Shown here: positions 38,641-48,438 of the stretch, piece by piece
Position numbering within the stretch: position 1 is the stretch's first letter
Layout of the letters: each line of letters opens with the position of its first letter
Assembly: GCA_964564035.1 (NCBI GenBank)
Contig: CAZLZN010000001.1
Span: 14,845-78,844, forward strand
DNA: 64,000 nucleotides
Direction of reading: 5' to 3'
Source: an uncultured Gammaproteobacteria bacterium
GTDB taxonomy: Bacteria > Patescibacteriota > Microgenomatia > Levybacterales > UBA12049
Made by a program: the position numbers and the translations under genes
The notes under the pieces: model-generated
Database searches by the model: none
Seen by the model: the letters and a program-made list of their open reading frames with translations, nothing else
Told to the model about the DNA's origin: nothing

Positions 38641-40433
38641 ATCTTCTCAAATATCACTAACTCTACGCCTCCAAGCGGATTATTAATAAAGGTACTTTTT
38701 AATTTGATATTCCTCAATTCGTCTTGAGAATATTTGCCTACAGCAAGCCCTTCAATTAAGCCTTGACTTTTATCTGTAACACTTACCGCAACAGCATCGT
38801 TTTTTTTAATTGCCGCAACCAAGTCGCTATCTTCATTTAGCCTAAATGCTGTTACCCTTTTCCTATATCCGGTAAGATAATTTATAAATCCGTCCTCCAA
38901 TGAATCCGATATGCCGATAGACTTATTGTCAGTACTGCTTAAATACTTTCCCGCAGAAATAGTTTTGCCGTGATTAAACTTATAGTTATACAAGTAAAAA
39001 TTCGGCTGAATATCTCTCTGATTAAAATACAAATGCCAATTCCAGAAACAAACCACTATAACAGGTATCACCAGAAGAGTAACCATTTCGGTTTTTAGTT
39101 TCATCTCCCATCTGCAATACGCCCAATGCATTGCGGCTGTTGCAGCAAATAGTATCAAAAGAATGAACCCGGACACCCTTAGCGCATTAGGATGACCTAA
39201 TCCATAATAATGGAAATCCGGAATTACCTCCGAGGAGAATATGTCGCTAACAATCGGCGGAATAAAAAGTATCGCCATTAGCAAAAATATTTTGCGCTTA
39301 TAAAAAAAGAGATAAATAAAACCGAAAATCGCAGTTATCATAGTAATGATATCAAAAACAGGAGCCGCGGCGGGATTCTTTCCTGGATTGGGGTCTCCGC
39401 TCGCGGGAGGAGCATCGGGATCAGGGTTAGGTAACTGAAAAAAAGTATACACAACAGTCCTGCTGAAATTTCCCCAAATTTCCTTTCTAAATTCCTCTGC
39501 TGTATAATTTCGGTTAAAAATCGAGATCTCGTTTGTTCTGCCCCAGAATCCGGCCGGATCCAAAATCCAGCTTGTTATCAAAGGCATTATTGATATCAAA
39601 AATACCGTAACAAAAAAAACAGCGCTTCTGATAAATTTCTCTCGATTTGAATAAAAAATGAATAACATAGTAAATAAAAAAATTACAACGGCAAAAGGTC
39701 TGAAATTCAAATAGGTATATAATCCTCCTCCCAAAGACAACGCAATTCCAGCCAAATTATAAATATTTTTATTCTTGATATATAAAAATATAAAGAGCAA
39801 GGTTAGAATCTGAAAAAATAGAGATGGAATAGGCTCATAAGCTAATCTTGACAGAACTATATGCGTATATTGGAATATCATCATGCTTGCTCCGAGCACT
39901 GCGATTACGGGATTAAAAAATAGCCTTAAAAATATATAGAATACGGCAACCGAAAATGCACCGAACAATATGCTGGGAAACCTTATTGCTGTTAAAGTAT
40001 TACCAATAATATTGATGCTATGAGCTGTCATATACATAAGCGGTGTCGGATGAAAATAATAATGAGGATATGTACCGTCATAAGGTATCCACTCCGGATA
40101 TTTCAATAAATCCAGGCTGAATACTGCTACAGTCAACTCATCCCCATACATCCCGGGCGTAATTTCTTCAACCTGAAACATCCTGATCATAAAAGCAAGT
40201 GTAAATAATAAAAATATTATTAATAACTCTTTATATTTTGACTTTATAATCCTGAGTAAATGCAGTTTTTGAAATATCATTAACCACAGCAAGGCTACAG
40301 TAGTAATATGCAGGGACATAATAAGAGGCGGGTATTTTCTAAATGTGACAAAATACGCAAAAATTATTAAATTTATGGAAATAAATGCAATTATAATATT
40401 CTGCAGTCTGATAAATTTTTCTAAAAAAAACAT
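38637..40433 (-). CDS. GT39/ArnT-like (GT-C) glycosyltransferase
   Basis: PGMYGDE, HPTPL, AIRFPS, many TMs. Confidence 0.8.
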   Translation of the reverse strand: MFFLEKFIRLQNIIIAFISINLIIFAYFVTFRKYPPLIMSLHITTVALLWLMIFQKLHLLRIIKSKYKELLIIFLLFTLAFMIRMFQVEEITPGMYGDELTVAVFSLDLLKYPEWIPYDGTYPHYYFHPTPLMYMTAHSINIIGNTLTAIRFPSILFGAFSVAVFYIFLRLFFNPVIAVLGASMMIFQYTHIVLSRLAYEPIPSLFFQILTLLFIFLYIKNKNIYNLAGIALSLGGGLYTYLNFRPFAVVIFLFTMLFIFYSNREKFIRSAVFFVTVFLISIMPLITSWILDPAGFWGRTNEISIFNRNYTAEEFRKEIWGNFSRTVVYTFFQLPNPDPDAPPASGDPNPGKNPAAAPVFDIITMITAIFGFIYLFFYKRKIFLLMAILFIPPIVSDIFSSEVIPDFHYYGLGHPNALRVSGFILLILFAATAAMHWAYCRWEMKLKTEMVTLLVIPVIVVCFWNWHLYFNQRDIQPNFYLYNYKFNHGKTISAGKYLSSTDNKSIGISDSLEDGFINYLTGYRKRVTAFRLNEDSDLVAAIKKNDAVAVSVTDKSQGLIEGLAVGKYSQDELRNIKLKSTFINNPLGGVELVIFEKI

Positions 40434-40508
40434 ATCTCCAAAATACTTACCAATTTATCATTTCATAATTAGACATGCAGTTCAATATCATAAAAAGAAT
40501 CTACATAT

Positions 40509-40580
40509 ACACCATCTCCCGATTCATCTTCGACCTCCCGCGGAAGATCTAATAATCAAAAAAGAAGCCTTTGACTTCTA
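40509..40580 (+). repeat. Direct repeat 2 (displaced copy of the pcrA 3' end)
   Basis: acaccatctcccgattcatcttcgacctcccgcggaagatctaataatcaaaaaagaagcctttgacttcta. Confidence 0.95.
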
Positions 40581-40811
40581 GCATCCTGAGCCCTACACCG
40601 ACCTCGACCAAATCGCCCGGTCCTTCCACTACGAACCATAATTCAACACCTCAATCCCCCATCTCGCAAACTTGCGCTATTCAGGCTATAATAATCATCA
40701 GTGATAAATGTATATACCAATTAACAGAGACCTAACTTTGCAAAAAAACACGATACATTTCACACCTGAATCAATAATGCTAATAATTAAAACTTGAAAT
40801 AAAATCAAAAT

Positions 40812-41948
40812 ATGGAAATACGCGAAATTGCTGAGAAAGAAAAAATTGAATTTAACAGAGTCGTCACTCACCCTCTCCAATCCTACGAATGGGGCGAGTT
40901 TCGGCAGGCAACAGGTATCAAAGTAATACGCCGCGGCTTTTATAAAAATAATAAACTTATCAAAGCTTTTACTCTCACAATTCACAAAATCCCCCATACT
41001 CCGTCTACAATCGGCTATTTCCCCAAAGGCGATTTACCCGATACGGATGTAATTCACGAATTAATTAAGATAGGAAAAACGGAAAAATGCATCTTCATCC
41101 AACTCGAACCAAATATCATTAAAAAAAACGTGTCAAAAACTAATATTGTAAATTATGAAAATGAAAATTTAAATTTCATTGAAAATTGTAAATTGAAAAT
41201 TGAAAATTTAACAATTACACCTGCTGCCCATCCCCTCTTTACCAAATATACTTTTGTTCTGGATCTTACAAAAACAGAAGAAGAACTCCTCAAAAATATG
41301 CATTCCAAGGCGCGCTACAACATCAAAGTTGCCAAAAAACACGGCGTCGAGGTTACTGAGAATAACTCAGATAAAGCATTTGAAAACTACCTGAAGCTAA
41401 TGAGTGAAACAACCGCACGCCAAAAATTTTACGCACATACCGAAAATTATCACCGAGTTTTATGGAAAACTTTAAAATGTCATCCCGAATTTATTTCGGG
41501 ATCTTCTAATGACAAGATGCTGAAACAAGTTCAGCATGACAAAACTGGCAAGGAAACCAATAAATTAACAACCCATCTTCTCACTGCCAAATATCAAGAC
41601 AAGATATTAACCGCCTGGATGCTATTTGTTTTTAAAGATTCGCTATATTATCCATATGGCGCCTCAAGCAGTGAAAACCGTGAAGTAATGTCAAGCAGTC
41701 TGATGATGTGGGAAGCAATCAGATTCGGCAAAAAATTAGGACTTAAAAAATTCGACATGTGGGGCGCGCTCGGCCCTGATCCCGACCCCAAAGATCCCTG
41801 GTTTGGCTTTCACAATTTTAAACAAAAATACAGCCCGGACCATGTCGAATTTATCGGAAGCTATGATCTGATCATAAATCCGGCTTTATATCAACTTTAC
41901 AAATTAACCGATAAACTGAGATGGATATATCTAAAATTTAGAAAATAA
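40812..41948 (+). CDS. FemABX-family peptidoglycan bridge aminoacyltransferase
   Basis: HPLQSYEWG, RYNIKVAKKHGV, YYPYGAS, FDMWG, GFHNFKQ; two repeat-derived in-frame insertions. Confidence 0.9.
   Translation: MEIREIAEKEKIEFNRVVTHPLQSYEWGEFRQATGIKVIRRGFYKNNKLIKAFTLTIHKIPHTPSTIGYFPKGDLPDTDVIHELIKIGKTEKCIFIQLEPNIIKKNVSKTNIVNYENENLNFIENCKLKIENLTITPAAHPLFTKYTFVLDLTKTEEELLKNMHSKARYNIKVAKKHGVEVTENNSDKAFENYLKLMSETTARQKFYAHTENYHRVLWKTLKCHPEFISGSSNDKMLKQVQHDKTGKETNKLTTHLLTAKYQDKILTAWMLFVFKDSLYYPYGASSSENREVMSSSLMMWEAIRFGKKLGLKKFDMWGALGPDPDPKDPWFGFHNFKQKYSPDHVEFIGSYDLIINPALYQLYKLTDKLRWIYLKFRK
41478..41541 (+). repeat. Palindromic REP/RPE-like element inside the Fem gene
   Basis: TGTCAT-CCCGAATTTATTTCGGG-ATCT...AGAT-GCTGAAACAAGTTCAGC-ATGACA. 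Confidence 0.85.
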
Positions 41949-41980
41949 ATAATTTTTTATTTATATATATTTTTTGCCTG

Positions 41981-42045
41981 CCCCGTAGACTCGCTCCTCC
42001 GAGGCATGGACGCAGGCCTTGCGAGGAGGTAAGAGCTCTATGGGG
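41981..42045. repeat. GC-rich long hairpin between convergent genes (REP-like or bidirectional terminator)
   Basis: CCCCGTAGA/TCTATGGGG outer stem, CTCCTCCGAGGC/GCCTTGCGAGGAG inner stem; contains the methyltransferase stop codon. Confidence 0.6.
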
Positions 42046-42610
42046 AATTTTTATTTATAGTTTTGATCTTTGCACTTTGATCTTTGATCTTTTCTGGTAC
42101 TTCGTACATATAAAACTCGTTCTTCAAATCCTGCTTCACAATCGGCAGATCAATTTTATATACAAAAGTCACAATCTTCGTACCCGGTTTCAGCTCTTTA
42201 AGAAGTTTCGGCTTCAACTTCGCAAGAGTTTTAGGAATAAGATACATAAATACAACTGTCGCATCTCCGATCTCCGACTGGAAAAAATTCTGCCTTTTGA
42301 TCTTTACCTTGTATCCAACGTTATTAATAAATACCATCAATTTTGAAATAAAGTACCTCAGAGGATCAATTTCAATTCCCACCGCTCGCGCGCCGAATTT
42401 CTTCGCAGCCGTAATCAATAGAGTGGAATCCCCGGATCCCAGATCATATATGACATCTTTTTTGGAGATATTTACAAACTTACAAATCAACCGGCTTCGA
42501 GCCCCATTGGTTCTCCACCAGGGAGACCATGGGCTATCAGGCGGCCATACCATTGAGAGCAGGAACAGAAGCAGAGTGACTGTAACTAATATCAGAACCG
42601 ACTCGACCAT
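42038..42610 (-). CDS. Membrane-anchored class I SAM-dependent methyltransferase
   Basis: N-terminal TM, YDLGSGD, GIEID, VVFMYL, ELKPG. Confidence 0.88.
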   Translation of the reverse strand: MVESVLILVTVTLLLFLLSMVWPPDSPWSPWWRTNGARSRLICKFVNISKKDVIYDLGSGDSTLLITAAKKFGARAVGIEIDPLRYFISKLMVFINNVGYKVKIKRQNFFQSEIGDATVVFMYLIPKTLAKLKPKLLKELKPGTKIVTFVYKIDLPIVKQDLKNEFYMYEVPEKIKDQSAKIKTINKNSP

Positions 42611-43014
42611 ATTACTTTTCCTATTATACTCCCTCTGTCGAGATAACCAAAGTACCTGCTGTCGGTACTCATATTTTTATTATCCCCCTCAACAAAATAT
42701 TTACTGCTTTCAATTCCGGTAATTCTTTTAATAAGCACCCTCCCGCCCCTCGGATCTCTAACTGCAACTATATCGCCCTGCTCAGGCTTATCAAAAATAT
42801 ATACTATTCTGCTCACTATAAGCAGATCGCCTTGATTAATAATAGGCTTCATGCTATTGCCATGGATTTTGAAAAATAAAATTGGTGAAAATTTATTAAA
42901 TAACTGAATTAAAGAAGAATATATTTTGAATTTTGAGCTGTAGTTTTGACTGTTGACTTTTGAATTTTTACTTTCTTTATTACTTCGCGGCTTTCGTTGC
43001 TTTAAAAATTTCAT
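42592..43014 (-). CDS. sodX: Nickel-SOD maturation protease (S26 family)
   Basis: GNSM.P, LIKR, GDN...STDSR.FG; directly downstream of sodN. Confidence 0.88.
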   Translation of the reverse strand: MKFLKQRKPRSNKESKNSKVNSQNYSSKFKIYSSLIQLFNKFSPILFFKIHGNSMKPIINQGDLLIVSRIVYIFDKPEQGDIVAVRDPRGGRVLIKRITGIESSKYFVEGDNKNMSTDSRYFGYLDRGSIIGKVIWSSRF

Positions 43015-43393
43015 CGATCTCCTGAATTAATTTCAATAATTCCTCTGCATCCGCCGGGTTTGTTGATTTCTTAGTTTGTCCTGCCGCTTTTGTCGCCTTC
43101 CAAAAAAGATCATGCAGATTTGGATATTTCTCTAAATGCTCAGCCTTGAAATAATCGGTCCACAAAACCCACAAATGATGTTTACAAAGCTCTGCCCGTT
43201 CTTCTTTGATAATAATTGCCCGAGTCTTGAAATGCACATCATCGGATTCATTATATTTTTTTATCGTGTTAAGAATACTTTGTGCTTCAATTCGAGCCTG
43301 GACCGGATCATAAACCCCGCATGGGAGATCGCAGTGTGCATAAGCTGCTTGGACAGGGAGTAGCTGAAATAATTTCTTGATCAAAACTTTCAT
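42980..43393 (-). CDS. sodN: Nickel superoxide dismutase precursor
   Basis: Ni-hook HCDLPCGVYDP after a short leader; HLWVLWTDYFK. Confidence 0.96.
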   Translation of the reverse strand: MKVLIKKLFQLLPVQAAYAHCDLPCGVYDPVQARIEAQSILNTIKKYNESDDVHFKTRAIIIKEERAELCKHHLWVLWTDYFKAEHLEKYPNLHDLFWKATKAAGQTKKSTNPADAEELLKLIQEIDEIFKATKAAK

Positions 43394-43508
43394 CTCATTA
43401 ATGATAGTATCCGTACGCAAAAAAATCAAGATAGGAATCAGTAAGAAAAGCCTTCTTCTTACAGCAATATTACTAAATATCCTAAAACCGTCGGGTATAA
43501 TTAACGTT

Positions 43509-43901
43509 ATGGAAATGCATCTGAAGATAGCGTCAGTTATCGCCAATCTCCTGGACAACAGTTTTGAGATTTTCGGCAGACGCTTCGGGATAAACGGCCT
43601 GCTCGGATTACTGCCCGGCTTAGGAGACCTGATTCCCGCCCTGTTATCACTTTACCTGGTCTGGGTCGGAACCAAAATGAATCTCCCCAAAACCGAAATA
43701 GCCCGCATGCTTGGCAATATTGGATTTAATTTCTTCGTCGGCCTGATTCCGCTGGTCGGAGATTACATCGATTTTTTCAATCACGCTAATATGAAAAACC
43801 TGGCGATACTGCGCAAATATTCTCAAGATAAAATTATAGACGGGGAAATAATTGAGTCTGAGAATTTGACAAATAAATCAAATAATATTACTGTCAAATA
43901 G
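43509..43901 (+). CDS. DUF4112-like membrane protein
   Basis: LLDNSF...FG..GLLGLLPGLGD...GLIPLVGD..D...AN.KN; TATAAT 7 nt upstream. Confidence 0.8.
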   Translation: MEMHLKIASVIANLLDNSFEIFGRRFGINGLLGLLPGLGDLIPALLSLYLVWVGTKMNLPKTEIARMLGNIGFNFFVGLIPLVGDYIDFFNHANMKNLAILRKYSQDKIIDGEIIESENLTNKSNNITVK

Positions 43902-44620
43902 TGAAGTATATCAACCAATTACTCCTCTTAATTATAGTCTCGCTGATCACTGCTATCTCTTACATAGGAATTTCCGGAACATGGTCATACATATTTACCG
44001 TACCGCTTATAATAATAGTTGGCTTTATTGTATTTTATCTTTATAAGCAATTCGAATCTGATGAAAAGGACAGAAAACAGAAGGCGCTCAAACTGGCAAT
44101 AGAAGACGAAGAAGCAGGAAAATGGATTAAAGACTCGTTTTTACCTCAAGCAATCGGCTTCGGCCTGCAAAACCGCAAAACACTTTTAATTTACTTTTTT
44201 ATCTTTATTATCAGCATTTACTTCTTATGGCATTTTATTTCATATGGGTTTGAAAATGCAATCTATAGCACGCTTACCGGCGCGGCTTTTTTATTACTGT
44301 TTATGATCTATGTCTTCATTATGTCATCAATAACCGCAAAAATGATCAAATTCATACCTGAAAATCTGCGCAAAATTGTCTCAAGTGACTGGATACGCGC
44401 GTATATTTATCTTCTTCCGGTTGCATTTATTGCTTACCTCTTTAATCCAACCGATACCTCTGCACCTGACTTTAATAACAAATTATTTTCAGTCCCGCTG
44501 TTTATTTTAATTTACACCTTTTTATTCCTCGGCATATACTCCATCTTTTACCTTTATTCAGAAATCAATAAGGACGCTGAAATCAAACCTAAAAACGAAT
44601 TTGAGGATATTCGGATTTAA
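43901..44620 (+). CDS. Hypothetical membrane protein
   Basis: About 6 TM segments; start overlaps the previous stop codon. Confidence 0.7.
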   Translation: MKYINQLLLLIIVSLITAISYIGISGTWSYIFTVPLIIIVGFIVFYLYKQFESDEKDRKQKALKLAIEDEEAGKWIKDSFLPQAIGFGLQNRKTLLIYFFIFIISIYFLWHFISYGFENAIYSTLTGAAFLLLFMIYVFIMSSITAKMIKFIPENLRKIVSSDWIRAYIYLLPVAFIAYLFNPTDTSAPDFNNKLFSVPLFILIYTFLFLGIYSIFYLYSEINKDAEIKPKNEFEDIRI

Positions 44621-45303
44621 TCTTTTTTATAAGCCGCGAGGTTATTAGCAAGTGCGTCAGCTCTTTCATTATTCAAATCTCCCGAGTGCCCCAGAACTTT
44701 TTCATACCGTACATGCAAATTATTTTTCGCTATCAAATCTTCTATTTTCTCAAAAATCTCCCGATTCATTTTCACCATATGCGAACGTTTTTTTAAGTTG
44801 TGTAGTGATATCTGGCTATCCGTAAAAATCTTAATTTTCCTGATATTCATCTCAGCCGATTTTTCAATTGCCTTAAGAATTGCAGTACCCTCAGCGACAT
44901 TATTGGTCTGCTTAGATCCTGTTATAAGACCCGAGCCTTCAATTACTTCCGGATTATTTGCGCGCCGGATCACATAAGCCCAGGCGGCGCGGGCGTTTGG
45001 TTGCCCGTTAAATACACAAGCTCCGTCCGTCCAAATCTCCGCATCAAAGCTATTGTCCTTCAATTCTCTTTCTCCTCCGAACAAATTATTATTCACAACC
45101 TTAAATTTATCATCATGATAAATTTTCCGGCATCCGGCACAGTAATAATAAGCCGTATAATAATAAGCCTTTTTTAGCTGTTCGGATTTCTTCTGCGTCT
45201 GACGGATTATTAATTTATCTCCGCAACTGCGGCAAATTTCAGTATTTGTCATTCTTTTTGTTATTTTATCATCTTGTCCTAAAAATTTCTTACTGCGCTG
45301 CAT
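44617..45303 (-). CDS. rnhA: Ribonuclease HI with N-terminal zinc-ribbon-like domain
   Basis: WTDGAC, TNNVAE, TDSQ, VLGHSG..NERADALA; CRSC and CAGC pairs upstream. Confidence 0.85.
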   Translation of the reverse strand: MQRSKKFLGQDDKITKRMTNTEICRSCGDKLIIRQTQKKSEQLKKAYYYTAYYYCAGCRKIYHDDKFKVVNNNLFGGERELKDNSFDAEIWTDGACVFNGQPNARAAWAYVIRRANNPEVIEGSGLITGSKQTNNVAEGTAILKAIEKSAEMNIRKIKIFTDSQISLHNLKKRSHMVKMNREIFEKIEDLIAKNNLHVRYEKVLGHSGDLNNERADALANNLAAYKKD

Positions 45304-45447
45304 AACTGCTTAAAAGAGTCTGCTTTATATTTTTGTATTCCTGAACTAATTATTATATATAGAGCTTAGATAAAAGAACAGATAAACTTCTTCTGCGGAG
45401 TAAAGCCTAACCTTGGACGTTAAATGGGTTTACAAATAAACAAATTT

Positions 45448-46218
45448 TTAATATTTCGGCATCTCCACCTCAAGCCACGGAGCGTTTTCTTTTTTAATTC
45501 TGTCAAATATTTCTTGTGCTTTTGTGGGATCTTTTCCAAAAATTTGAACCGCCCTAAATACTTCTGAAACCCTATTCAAATTTGAAATATTTTGTTCTCT
45601 TAATACCTGTTGCCAATTCCCACTTTCATTTTTCGACAAATAACCAAGATCACCAATTATAAAGTTATAACTTCCATCCGGTTTAATTACCGCAAACCAT
45701 GCATCGGTAGGGATTAATAAATCAGCATTTGCGGCCTTCATAGCTAATTTTTGAATAATTTCTTTTTCCAGCTCCGAATCCATGGGTACAGCGTTTGCGA
45801 AATTATCCATTAGTTCCCGATTTTCGGCATAAATACTACTCATTGTTTTTCTGTCATATAACAAATCCGTTTCCGAAAATACTATATTTATCCCATTTTC
45901 TGACAAATCGCTTATAAGCAGATCCCTACCGTCTTCGGTAGATCTGAATGTTGTAGGAACAGGTAAGCCTGCCTTTTTAGCATTATTATAATTTTCTAAT
46001 TCATACCTATTCCCCAGTTGCTCTGACCGCCTGGCTCGATAAACAAAATTAAGCATCCGGCTCCGCTGATTTTTACTCCATCTAATAGTAGCGCCAAATA
46101 TTTCAGCCTCTGCACCTTCACCAATTTTATCTCTTAATTTAATTTCTAATTGTTTCCCTGATTTAGTGAATAATATGGGAGGATTTTTTATTTCTGACCT
46201 ATCTTCTAAAAGAGGCAT
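45448..46218 (-). CDS. Hypothetical protein, possible kinase-like fold
   Basis: IGEGAEAEIF Gly loop, AGLPVP, IIGDLG; lower GC than neighbours. Confidence 0.5.
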   Translation of the reverse strand: MPLLEDRSEIKNPPILFTKSGKQLEIKLRDKIGEGAEAEIFGATIRWSKNQRSRMLNFVYRARRSEQLGNRYELENYNNAKKAGLPVPTTFRSTEDGRDLLISDLSENGINIVFSETDLLYDRKTMSSIYAENRELMDNFANAVPMDSELEKEIIQKLAMKAANADLLIPTDAWFAVIKPDGSYNFIIGDLGYLSKNESGNWQQVLREQNISNLNRVSEVFRAVQIFGKDPTKAQEIFDRIKKENAPWLEVEMPKY

Positions 46219-46285
46219 ATGGATATATTATACCAACATTAAATTTTTATAAATATTTTTAACTGCTTGGCTGTTTTTCAAAGCA

Positions 46286-48421
46286 TCAAAAAATTAGTTT
46301 TCCGGATTTGACCTTCGGTTCAATAGTATCTCCCGCCTTAATACTCCCTTCAATTATCCTCGTCGCGATTTCATCGACCAGCTTTTCCTCTATCGCACGC
46401 CTCAAAGGCCTCGCGCCAAACAGCGGATCATAACCGGTTTCCGCGAAATACATTGCAACATCATCCGTTATTTTCAGATCAATATTATTCTCGCTCATCC
46501 TGACCCGAACTTGATCAAGCTGTTGTTTTGCAATCTCAATAATATCTTTGGCAGACAAAGGATTATATATAACAACACTATCTAATCTGTTAAGAAATTC
46601 CGGTTTAAAACTCCGGTGTAAAAGATCCCAAACTTTAGTTTTAATTTTCTTGGCATCTTTTTCCTCCTGTATCAGCTCTCCGCCCAAATTACTGGTCATT
46701 ATCAAAATCGCATTTGTAAAATCAACCGTCACGCCCTTGCTGTCGGTCAGTCTGCCTTCGTCAAATATTTGCAGGAACAAATTAAACACCTGAGGATGCG
46801 CTTTTTCAATCTCGTCAAGCAAAATCACCGAATACGGTTTTCTCCGAACTGCCTCCGTTAGCTGACCGCCCTCTTCATAACCGACATATCCGGGCGGCGC
46901 CCCGATAAGCCTCGCCACCGAATGAGACTCCATATATTCACTCATATCAATTCTGGTCATCGCGTGTTCATCGCTGAATAAAATCCTTGCAAGCGCCTTG
47001 GCAGTCTCAGTCTTGCCCACACCTGTCGGTCCCAAAAAAAGAAACGATCCGATCGGCCTGTTTTTCGCGCCAAGCCCCGATCGACTGCGTCTAATAGCTC
47101 TTGCGACAACATTCACAGCCTCGTCCTGCCCGACCACCTGCTTCTTCATTTCTTCATCCAAATGAAGAAGTTTCTCCGATTCGGTAGATAGCATTCTTGT
47201 AACCGGTATTCCCGTCCATCTGGAAACTACCTTTGCAATATCCTCCTCATCAACCTCTTCGCGCAACACTCTCTCGTCTCGCGGTATTTTATTCCACTCC
47301 TCCGAAAGCATATTTAATTGCTTTTCGATCTCCGGCATCTTCCCGTATTTCAGCTCCGCGGCTTTTTGCAGATCAACATCACGCTCCGCTTGATCAAGCT
47401 CTATCTTCAAAGCGTCGATTTTCGCCCGCGCATCCTGGATCTTTTGAATGGTCTCTTTCTGCTTTAACCATCTATCCTCAATTGTTGACGCCTGTTTTTT
47501 GAGCAACTCTAATTCTTGCTCCCGCTGAACTTTTCGGCTCTTCGCGATATCATTTTTATCTTTACGCAAAGCAGCCAGCTCAATTTCAATCTGCGTAATT
47601 TTTCTCTTGAGACCATCCAGCTCCGCCGGCATACTCTCGGTTTCTATCTTGATAGCGGAAGCCGCCTCGTCAACCAAATCAATCGCCTTATCGGGTAAAA
47701 ATCTTTGCGGAATATATTGAGCCGAAAGCTTTGCCGCGGCAATAATCGCGTTATCCGTAATTCTGATACCGTGATGAACTTCATACTTCTGCTTAATCCC
47801 CCTGAGAATTGATATTGTATCCTCAATCGTCGGCTCATCAATAAGAACCGGCTGGAAACGTCTCGCAAGCGCCGGATCTTTTTCAATATATTTCCTGTAT
47901 TCGGCAACTGTAGTTGCCCCGATCATACGAAGTGTACCGCGTGCAAGCGCGGGCTTAAGCATATTTGCCGCGTCAACCGACCCCTCAGCCGCACCGCCTC
48001 CGACCAATGTATGAAGTTCGTCAATAAATATAATATATTTACCGTCTGAATCTTCGATCGCTTTTATAACCGCTTTCAGTCTTTCTTCAAATTCCCCCCT
48101 GAATTTTGCACCTGCCAGAAGTTGTGCAAAATCAAGTACCATCACTTCTTTGTCGCGAAGGGTAGTCGGTACGGATTTTTCAACGATCTTCTGCGCCAGC
48201 CCTTCGACGATTGCGGTTTTCCCGACACCCGGATCGCCGATCAAAATCGGATTATTTTTCGTCCGCCTGGAGAGTATCTCCATAACCCGTCTGATTTCAA
48301 TCTCGCGTCCGATTACAGGGTCAATTTTCCCTGCCTTCGCCTGTGAAGTCAGATTGATCGTAAACTTTTTTATCGCCTCCTCCGGCGTAACCGGTTTTAA
48401 TAAATCTTGCATATTATCCAT
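46286..48421 (-). CDS. clpB: ClpB disaggregase lacking the N-terminal Clp-repeat domain
   Basis: DPVIGR, GDPGVGKT, coiled-coil M domain, GPTGVGKT, GARPL. Confidence 0.93.
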   Translation of the reverse strand: MDNMQDLLKPVTPEEAIKKFTINLTSQAKAGKIDPVIGREIEIRRVMEILSRRTKNNPILIGDPGVGKTAIVEGLAQKIVEKSVPTTLRDKEVMVLDFAQLLAGAKFRGEFEERLKAVIKAIEDSDGKYIIFIDELHTLVGGGAAEGSVDAANMLKPALARGTLRMIGATTVAEYRKYIEKDPALARRFQPVLIDEPTIEDTISILRGIKQKYEVHHGIRITDNAIIAAAKLSAQYIPQRFLPDKAIDLVDEAASAIKIETESMPAELDGLKRKITQIEIELAALRKDKNDIAKSRKVQREQELELLKKQASTIEDRWLKQKETIQKIQDARAKIDALKIELDQAERDVDLQKAAELKYGKMPEIEKQLNMLSEEWNKIPRDERVLREEVDEEDIAKVVSRWTGIPVTRMLSTESEKLLHLDEEMKKQVVGQDEAVNVVARAIRRSRSGLGAKNRPIGSFLFLGPTGVGKTETAKALARILFSDEHAMTRIDMSEYMESHSVARLIGAPPGYVGYEEGGQLTEAVRRKPYSVILLDEIEKAHPQVFNLFLQIFDEGRLTDSKGVTVDFTNAILIMTSNLGGELIQEEKDAKKIKTKVWDLLHRSFKPEFLNRLDSVVIYNPLSAKDIIEIAKQQLDQVRVRMSENNIDLKITDDVAMYFAETGYDPLFGARPLRRAIEEKLVDEIATRIIEGSIKAGDTIEPKVKSGKLIF

Positions 48422-48438
48422 ATGCCAATATTTTAAAA

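Noticed and set aside
40345-40581. 78-aa ORF ending EDLIIKKEAFDF
   Set aside because: Artefact of the duplicated pcrA 3' end.
42980-43558. 192-aa extended SodN and 174-aa extended DUF4112-like ORF
   Set aside because: The extensions overlap each other head to head; starts at 43393 and 43509 fit the families and the promoter.
12349-45300. Recurring TACTGCGCT motif (about 12351, 15889, 18967, 45292)
   Set aside because: Only 9-12 bp, in mixed coding and non-coding contexts; cannot be separated from chance without counting.
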